Origin: Octopus sinensis
Lineage: Eukaryota
DNA length: 9,561 nt
Direction of reading: 5' to 3'
Assembly (NCBI RefSeq): GCF_006345805.1
Contig: NW_021827928.1
Location: forward strand, 1-9,561
Below the pieces are notes generated by a model. The model saw only the letters and a list, made by a program, of their open reading frames with translations. It was not told the DNA's origin and ran no database searches. The number at the start of each line of letters is the position of its first letter. The stretch's first letter is position 1. Position numbers and translations under genes: made by a program. Shown here piece after piece: positions 1 to 7,357 of the stretch.

Positions 1-204
1 TCCCGGACTGATCAGTTTCTACCTCTTTCTAGCAAAACAGACAGAATATGTTTGCCAAGGCAGGGTTCGTCAGCGGACGCCTTCCTAATTCTAGATGCAC
101 AGAGCGTTAGACCATGTGTTGATCTAAACGATTTGTAAATTTTAACTTTTCAAACCCCTGCGCAGGCCACTGGTAATAATAATCTATGTTTTACCCTTTT
201 TGAT

Positions 205-261
205 TATATATATATATATATATATAATATATATATATATATAATATATATATATATATAT
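205..261. repeat. (TA)n microsatellite, left flank of the 263-887 element
   Basis: Direct reading; imperfect TA run with two TAA interruptions. Confidence 0.95.
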
Positions 262-262
262 G

Positions 263-887
263 ATAGAAATATTAAAATAACTAAGTCTCTCTAAAAGAGA
301 ACAGCGGCAGCGTTCCCGGAAAATAATAGTTATCGCCATACTAATATGGCGTCTGTAGCTGCCGGTCAAGTAGTGTGGAGCGACTGACCTCCCTTGTTCG
401 AAGGTTATATGGATACAGTTTGTGTATCAAATAGCTAACTTAAGGCGATGGCCTCATGGAGCTAATAAGCGGACAGCTTTTTTCTTATTTTTATAAGAAT
501 GCCTATTAGTATGGCGATAACTATTATTTTCCGGGAACGCTGCCGCTGTTCTCTTTTAGAGAGACTTAGTTATTTTAAATTTCTATTATTGAAAACAAGT
601 GGATGTATTCCACCGAAACTAGGTAAATAAAACCATCGAACAGAGATTGTCGGAAGCGACACCTACTGGCTGGCTACGCTGCATTGAAAAGGGGCAATAC
701 CCCGAACGCGTCTGTAGCTGCCGGTCAAGTAGTGTGGAGCGACTGACCTCCCTTGTTCGAAGGTTATATGGATACAGTTTGTGTATCAAATAGCTAACTT
801 AAGGCGATGGCCTCATGGAGCTAATAAGCGGACAGCTTTTTTCTTATTTTTATAAGAATGCCATATTAGTATGGCGATAACTATTAT
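263..887 (+). mobile_element. Non-coding Penelope-like pseudo-LTR / retrozyme-like element: inverted arm (263-350) plus ~1.5 tandem copies of a 359-nt unit containing a hammerhead motif
   Basis: 349-527 matches 708-887 apart from one 1-nt indel (period 359). 263-350 is the reverse complement of 501-586 apart from two 1-nt indels. Hammerhead fold at 663-732. (TA)n on both flanks. Family assignment is inferred from the known association of minimal type-I hammerheads with tandem/inverted pLTRs of Penelope-like elements. Confidence 0.65.
663..732 (+). ncRNA. Type-I hammerhead ribozyme motif (variant core; this copy lacks one A of GAAA)
   Basis: Stem I GCUGCA(678-683)/UGUAGC(713-718), extended by 663-674/720-732. 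Core UUGAAAA (684-690). Stem II GGGG-caaua-CCCC (691-703). GAA (704-706). Minimal stem III C-GC-G followed by UC, giving a GUC triplet at 710-712. Confidence 0.65.
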
Positions 888-896
888 ATATATATG

Positions 897-948
<52 letters not shown>
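897..948. repeat. (GATA)13 microsatellite
   Basis: Direct reading, perfect tetranucleotide run. Confidence 0.97.
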
Positions 949-963
949 TGTATGTATATATAA

Positions 964-1190
964 GCGCGAGTGTGGCTCTCTGGTAACTAGCTTGGTTTCC
1001 AACCACATGGTTCCAGGTTCATTGAATACCGTCGAGTACATTTGCGCGTGAGTTTGTGCTTATGTTCGTTACACCTGCCCAACAATTGCCAATCGGTGTT
1101 AGTTTGTTTACGTCCCTGTAAATTAGCATTTTGTGGAGGGGGATCTATGGGACAGTGACTAGAATTTGACTTTAAAATCTTAAGTTCTGA
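964..1190 (+). mobile_element. Diverged, internally deleted copy of the tRNA-derived SINE
   Basis: 964-1021 (gcgcgagtgtggctctctggtaactagcttggtttccaaccacatggttccaggttca) aligns with the SINE head seen at 7296 and 8980 on the minus strand. ~1085-1130 (ttgccaatcggtgttagtttgtttacgtccctgtaaattagc) aligns with the SINE tail. The CORE segment is absent and the right boundary is approximate. Confidence 0.65.
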
Positions 1191-1286
1191 TGTCTATTTG
1201 TCCCTATAAAATACTTTTCAAGATGATTACCTATCGTGGCCGCAGTACTGTGAAAAAAACACATTAAAGAATAACGATATGTCCAT

Positions 1287-1319
1287 CTGACGAGCGTAAA
1301 GCTCTACTTTGCACGAAAC
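1287..1319 (+). ncRNA. Hammerhead ribozyme core remnant (CUGACGA - stem II - GAAAC)
   Basis: CTGACGA 1287-1293. Stem II 1294-1301/1307-1314: 8 positions with one C.A mismatch and one wobble. GAAAC 1315-1319. Stems I and III cannot be completed cleanly. Confidence 0.45.
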
Positions 1320-1482
1320 TGGCAAGCTTGTCCATCGTTTGTTATTATAATCTACATAAAATTATAACTCTATATATGTGTGCGTGTTCGAGTGAGTTAG
1401 TGTACGTGTGTGCGTGTATTTATACATTTTTTTAGATGAAAAGTTAGTTATTAAAAGATATACTATAACTGTTCCTCTATAG

Positions 1483-1699
1483 GTCGCCATTGGTTTCATG
1501 TAAGGAATATTCATTAAATGAAGAAACAGGAAACTTACAATCGTCAGACGACGGAGATAGCGACGAAATAAGAACCTCTTTAGAAAGATTAGAAGTCATG
1601 CCAAAGATATTACAAAATCGGAGTACGTCCGTCGGGGCAACGAGGACGATAAAGCCATTCTTAAGAATGACTGACAAATTGCGAGGTGACCTTGTTTAA
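1483..1699 (+). CDS. Candidate terminal coding exon of an unidentified host gene (...SPLVSCKEYSLNEETGNLQSSDDGDSDEI...RGDLV*)
   Basis: Open frame of non-repetitive composition directly after a pyrimidine-rich TAG acceptor (ctgttcctctatag|g, 1482/1483). An in-frame stop lies just upstream (1466-1468). No homology recognised. Confidence 0.3.
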
Positions 1700-2295
1700 A
1701 GTTGTGCCCCATCAACCACACTTTGACTAGCTTTAATCCAATGGCAGGGCTAAACAAGGATGACTGGGGATGGAGATAGATGCAGTGAGGTGCCTTGCCT
1801 CATCGTACTCTCCGCATTCCACAATGCGTTGCTGCAACTGTCTTCCTTTCCGATGAACAACGAAGATTTCTTCCAGTGTGTCCCCTTGACACAGTCTTCA
1901 CGTGCATTGAAAGACAAACCCTAATATTCTAATTGACCCACAAATAGGGGTCTGATAGCTGCTAATATCCAGGACAGTGTAGATCCGGAAACAATAGAGT
2001 TTATTAGGTGACTCCATATTCCTTAAAGCCCAGCAATTCCCGAACCGAGATCCCACATAACCAGGACATACAGCCATGTTAAATAACCCCATGCTAGAGT
2101 GCTTACAGGTGCTGCACTCTGGGCTAAGAGGTGCTTCGGTGGTTCCACACTCCTTAAAGCCTTGGAATCTCGAACCGGAACCCACCTACTGGATGCAGTT
2201 TAAATTCATGGTCATCCTCCATGACGAAGGGGGTTAGTGGAGGAAAGGTAACCCGGTTCAAATTACATTTGCAGAATGATTAATAGATCGATAAT

Positions 2296-2500
2296 AAAAA
2301 GGGAGATAGATGTGGGAGGGGGAAAATAGATAAGGGGAAGGGGAGAGAATGTAGAAGAAGAAGAGGGTGGAGAAGAAGAAAAGAAAAAGATGAAGGAGAA
2401 AAGCGGAAGAAGGAAAATGAGGGGGTAAGAAGAAGACGGGGGGAAATGAAGATGTACGAGGATAAGAAGTGTGCAGAGGAGGAAGAAGAAAAAGAGTAAA
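2296..2500. repeat. Polypurine (GA-rich) low-complexity tract
   Basis: ~200 nt made almost entirely of A and G on the + strand. Confidence 0.9.
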
Positions 2501-2510
2501 CAGCAATAAG

Positions 2511-4150
2511 AGAACCACCACCACCACCACCACTACCACCACCACCTTCATCATCATCATCACCACCACCATCACCCCACGACCACTACCACAAATACTA
2601 CCACTAACACCGTCACCACCACCACCACCACTACCACCACCACTACCACCACCACTACCACCACCACTACCACCACCACCACCACCACCACCACTACCAC
2701 CACCACTACCACCACCACTACCACCACCACCACCACCACCACTACCACCACCACTACCACCACCACAACCACCACCACTACCACCACCACCACCACCACC
2801 ACTACCACCACCACCACAACCACCACAACCACCACCACTACCACCACCACCACCACCACCAACCACCACTACCACCACCACTACCACCACCACCACCACT
2901 ACCACCACCACCACCACCACTACCACACCACTACCACCACACAACCACCACCACTACCACCACCACCACCACCACCACTACCACCACCACTACCACCACC
3001 ACACCACTACACCAACCACTACCACCACCACAACCACCACCACTACCACCACCACCCACCACCACCACTACCACCCAACCACTACCACCACCACTCACCA
3101 CCACCACCACCACCACCACCACCACCACTACCACCACCGCACACCACCACCACTACCACCACCACCACCACCACCACCACCACCACCACTACCACCACCA
3201 ACACCACTACCACCACTACTACCACCACCACAACCACCACCACTACCACCACCACCACCACCACTACTACCACACCAACAAACACCACCACTACCACCAC
3301 CACTACCACCACTACTACCACACACCCACACCACCACTACCAACCCCCACAACCACAACCACTACACCACCACCACCACCACTACTACCACCACCACCAC
3401 CACTACACACCACTACCACCACTACTACCACCACCACAACCACCACCACTACCACCACCACCACCACTACCACCACTACTACCACCACCACAACCACCAC
3501 CACTACCACCACCACTACCACCACCACTACCACCACCACCACCACTACCACCACCACTACCACCACCACCACCACCACCACTTCCACCACCACGACGACC
3601 ACTACCACCAATACTACCACTAACACCGCCACCACCACCACCTTCATCATCATCATCACCACCACCATCACCAGCACTAACACTACCACCACCATCACCA
3701 CCACTACCACTACCACCACCATCACCACCACCACCACTACCACCACTTCTACCACTATCACTACCACCACCACCATCACCACCGCCACCTTCACCACCAC
3801 GACCACTACCACCAATACTACCACTAACACCGCCACCTTCATCATCACCACCACCACCACTACAACCACCACCAATACCACAACCACCACTAACACCACT
3901 ACCACCATCACCATCACCGCCACAACCACAACAGCAACAACAATCACCACCACCACCACCACCACCACCACCACCACACCATCACCACCACCACCGCCAA
4001 CACCATCACCACCACCATCAAAACACCACAACCACCACAGTAAAAACAATCACTACAACCATCACAACAACCTCAAACACAATCACCACTACCACCACCA
4101 CCACCACCACCACCACCACCAACTACCACTACCGCCGCCACCGTCGCCGC
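2511..4150. repeat. Long imperfect trinucleotide array (CAC)n with TAC/CAT/AAC variants
   Basis: Direct reading; it accounts for all poly-Pro/Thr/His and poly-Val/Gly ORFs in the track. Confidence 0.97.
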
Positions 4151-4299
4151 CATGGCAACGCTGACCATCGTTGGCAGTTCTGAGGCTGGCCTTTGCTGCT
4201 CGCACCAGAATTCTTTGTCCAAGATTTATGACAAGCCACAATCAATTCTTCATATTTACACAAGACACACTCGCCAATGTTCCGGTCTCTCTCTCTGCG

Positions 4300-5512
4300 C
4301 CTCTACCTGTGTATATACGTGTGTATATACGTGTGAGTGTGTGTGTGTGTGTGCGTGTGTATGTATGTATGTCTGTATATTTGTATATATGTATGTGTGT
4401 GTGAAATATGTATATATATATATATATATATATGTATGGTAAACATCTATAGATAAGAGTATATTATTTGTATATGTATATGTATATACGTGTGAGTGTG
4501 TGTGTTGTGTGCGTGTGTATGTATGTTGTATGATATTTGTATATATGTAGTGTGTGGTATGAATATGTATATGATATATATACTATAGATGTAAACATCT
4601 ATAGATAAGAGTATATTATTTGTATATGTATATGTATATACGTGTGAGTGTGTGTGTGTGTGTGTTCATGTATGAATATATGTGCGTGTGTATGTATGTA
4701 TGAATATGTATATATATATGTAAACATCTATAGATAAGTGTATATTATTTGTATATGTATATGCATAAATGCATGTATATATGTAAATCAATACGTACAT
4801 GTGTATATATATATATATAGCTGTGTGTATATATGTATATGTGCGTGTGTATGTATGTATATCTGTATATATGTATGTGTGTGTATGAATGTGTATATAT
4901 ATGTTTTTGTATGCATGTATGTGTATATAGATATGAATATGTTTATATATGAATATACATATATTTATATACGCGTGAGTGTGTGTGTGTGTATGCGTGT
5001 GTATGTATGTATATCTGTATATATGTATGTATCTGTATGAATGTGTATATATATATGTAAACATCTATAGATAAGTGTATATTATTTATATATGTATACG
5101 CATAAATGCATGTATATATATAAATAGATACGTACATATGTAGATATATAGCTGTATATATATATATATGCATATATGCATATATTTATATAAGTATGTA
5201 TATGTATTTATGTATATATATATGTTTTTGTATGCATGTAAGTGTATACAGATATGAATATTTTTGCATATGAATATACATATATGTCTATATGTATATA
5301 TATATGTGTGTGTGTATCTCAATATACGCCTGTATATGTATGTATATATGTATGTATATGTGTATGCGTGCGTGTATGCATATGCATATACATATTCATG
5401 TATATGTTTATATATATATATGTATGTGTATATATATATGTATATACGAGTGAGACTCTCTGTCCGTGTTTATATGTGCGTTTTGCTGGCACTAGACGAT
5501 GTTTGCCAAGAG

Positions 5513-5548
<36 letters not shown>

Positions 5549-5600
5549 CTACACATATATACAACGCTGCGTAGAAGTGTGTGCATGGACTGTGTAGTGT
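4300..5600. repeat. (TA)/(TG)-rich low-complexity field with higher-order tandem duplications
   Basis: Marker taaacatctatagataag recurs at 4440, 4592, 4721 and 5058. 4721-5057 is partly duplicated from 5058 onward. Confidence 0.9.
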
Positions 5601-5683
5601 ATGTGTGTTTATAACTAACCTAAAATGTCCTTTTCGCTTTGCAGCTCTTTAAAGAAGAAATGTTCTTACTATTCCGGTCAATA

Positions 5684-5913
5684 CACACACACACAACAAC
5701 ACATACACAAACTCTGTACACACACACCACTCACACACACACATACATATACATATATACATACATACAGAAGCGGATTTCTGGCGTTTCATGACGAATA
5801 TTCTATTGTTTGATCAACGAAATGACTTTCTTTTGAAGGAACATATAAGTGGCTGAGTACACCACAGTCACATATAACTGATATATACATATATATATAT
5901 GTGTGTGTGTATA

Positions 5914-5944
<31 letters not shown>

Positions 5945-5945
5945 G
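5684..5945. repeat. (CA)n, (TA)n and (TG)n microsatellite patches
   Basis: Direct reading (5684-5768 and 5880-5945, with a short unique spacer between them). Confidence 0.85.
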
Positions 5946-6360
5946 TATAAAAATTATATATAAAAATACACAATGGGACAAGAACGCAAAACACACAAAG
6001 AGACGACACAAAAAACGGACGGGTTATTCGAAGCCCCTAATCTTCAGCCAGGAACCGATCCTGATATCGCTCCGATCCGGCCAGCCCCAAGGAAAAACTA
6101 AGCTGCGGGCATTAGATTTCTTGGAAAAAGGAACGAATGTATACGAAACAGGGACAGAAAAACGGACGATGCCACAAATATAAATACAAAAAACAAAAAT
6201 AAAATTAAAAACAAGAATAGTAATAACAGGACAAAAACAGCGGGTGTCTTACGACTTTAGACAATTTAACTTATCTTAGCTGGCGTATTTTGAAATAAAT
6301 GCCTTTGCGGCAGACGAAGAAAAAAAACGGTGTTGTCACTGCAGCGGTCAACGGCGGAAG

Positions 6361-6568
6361 TACGAGGGCGTACTGAGCTGATCCTGGTTCTAAGGGTACC
6401 GTGAAACGACTGTCTGGTGGCCTGACATTTCGAGTTAGAAAACCTAAAGAAACACCGCAATATTTGTGTGAATTTTAGATGGGAATACCTTTAATAAAAT
6501 CACAAGTACATGAGCCTCTTCTATTTTCTTTTACCCAAAGCCAGGGACTTTCAGCGGCCCACCGTGTA
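6361..6568 (+). mobile_element. ~200-bp mariner-derived non-autonomous element (MITE-like), diverged
   Basis: TA at both ends. Left end TACGAGGGCGTACTGAGCTGATCCTGG is an imperfect inverted repeat of the right end CCAGGGACTTTCAGCGGCCCACCGTGTA. 6435-6494 encodes LENLKKHRNICVNFRWEYL*, which resembles a mariner transposase C-terminus (L..RW.KCV...GEYVE). Confidence 0.65.
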
Positions 6569-6875
6569 TATATGTGTGTGAGTAATTGTATATATATATA
6601 TCTTTTGCAGGAAGGATTGTTTTGGCCGGGTCGTGTTCTGCCCTTACCTTCGAAACATGCATTGAGTCGAAGCAGGGGCAGCTGATGAAGGGCAATTTTC
6701 TTTGTATTGTTTGTCCTGTACTCTGTTTTTTCGTTGTTAAGAAAAGTTCGTTTCCTTGTTTGATTTTATGTTTTCGTTTCTCGTTGTGTTCTATGTTTAT
6801 TTGTGATGTCCTGTACTCATATATGCATGTATATATACATATAGATGTAAGTATGTATATACATGTATGTATATA

Positions 6876-7100
6876 TACTCTTATACTCTTACTCTTATAC
6901 TTGTTTCAGTCATTTGACTGCGGCCATGCTGGAGCACCACCTTTAATCGAGCAACTCGACCCCCAGGACTTGTTCTTTTGTAAGCCCAGTACTTATTCTA
7001 TCGGTCTCTTTTGCCGAACCGCTAAGTAACGGGGACATAAACACACCAGCATCGGTTGTCAAGCAATGTTGGGGGCACAAACACAGACACACAAACACGC

Positions 7101-7131
<31 letters not shown>

Positions 7132-7296
7132 TACGACGGGCTTCTTTCAGTTTCCGTCTACCAAATCCACTCACAAGGCTTTGGTCTGCCCGAGGCTATA
7201 GTAGAAGACACTTGCCCAAGGTGCCACGCAGTGGGTCTGAACCTGGAACCATGTGGTTGGTAAAGAAGCCTCTTACCACACAGCCACTCCTGCGCC
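6876..7296 (-). mobile_element. Full-length tRNA-derived CORE-type SINE (octopus-like)
   Basis: Sense strand: tRNA-like head with A box TGGCTGTGTGG (7276-7286) and B-box-like GGTTCAGACCC (7233-7243), then CORE-like CCTTGGGCAAGT, an internal (TA)/(TG) run and a 3' tail ending in (AAGAGTA)-type repeats. Near-identical to 8566-8980. Confidence 0.9.
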
Positions 7297-7357
7297 TATG
7301 CATATGCATATGTTTTATTTATTATATTGTTATTACATATATATATATATATACACG

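Noticed and set aside
1-183. Possible fragment of an interspersed repeat at the window start
   Set aside because: No diagnostic motif is visible and it is truncated by the window edge.
263-586. Inverted arms as TIRs of a MITE
   Set aside because: The right arm continues seamlessly into the tandem unit and recurs in part at 860-887. There is no target-site duplication around 263-586, so an inversion within a tandem retro-unit fits better.
349-887. Direct repeats as LTRs of an LTR retroelement
   Set aside because: There are no TG...CA termini, primer-binding site or polypurine tract, and the repeats are parts of a head-to-tail unit.
1898-2185. 95-aa minus-strand ORF as an exon after a CAGTAG acceptor
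   Set aside because: The adjacent pyrimidine tract is weak and no homology is recognisable.
2258-4049. Long ORFs (384 aa Pro/Thr/His-rich; poly-Val/Gly on the minus strand) as mucin- or extensin-like genes
   Set aside because: Several frames on both strands are open simply because (CAC)n lacks stops. There is no signal peptide, domain or convincing start.
4146-4442. Perfect Kozak context GCCGCCATGG opening a 96-aa ORF
   Set aside because: The GCC triplets are the decaying end of the array, and the ORF runs into (TG)n after ~45 unrecognisable codons. Chance is the simpler explanation.
4666-5614. Tyr/Ile/His/Thr- and Val/Cys/Tyr-rich ORFs
   Set aside because: These are translations of (TA)/(TG) repeats.
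6010-6060. Minus-strand CTGAAGA...CGAATAACCCGTC as a hammerhead
   Set aside because: There is no stem II closing onto GAAA and no A-U pair for stem III. The surrounding 5970-6250 may be an interspersed repeat but cannot be classified from the sequence alone.
6311-6420. CAGACGA ... GAAAC-gact-GTC as a hammerhead
   Set aside because: The core is not canonical, there is no stem I, and the GAAAC part lies inside the mariner mini-element.
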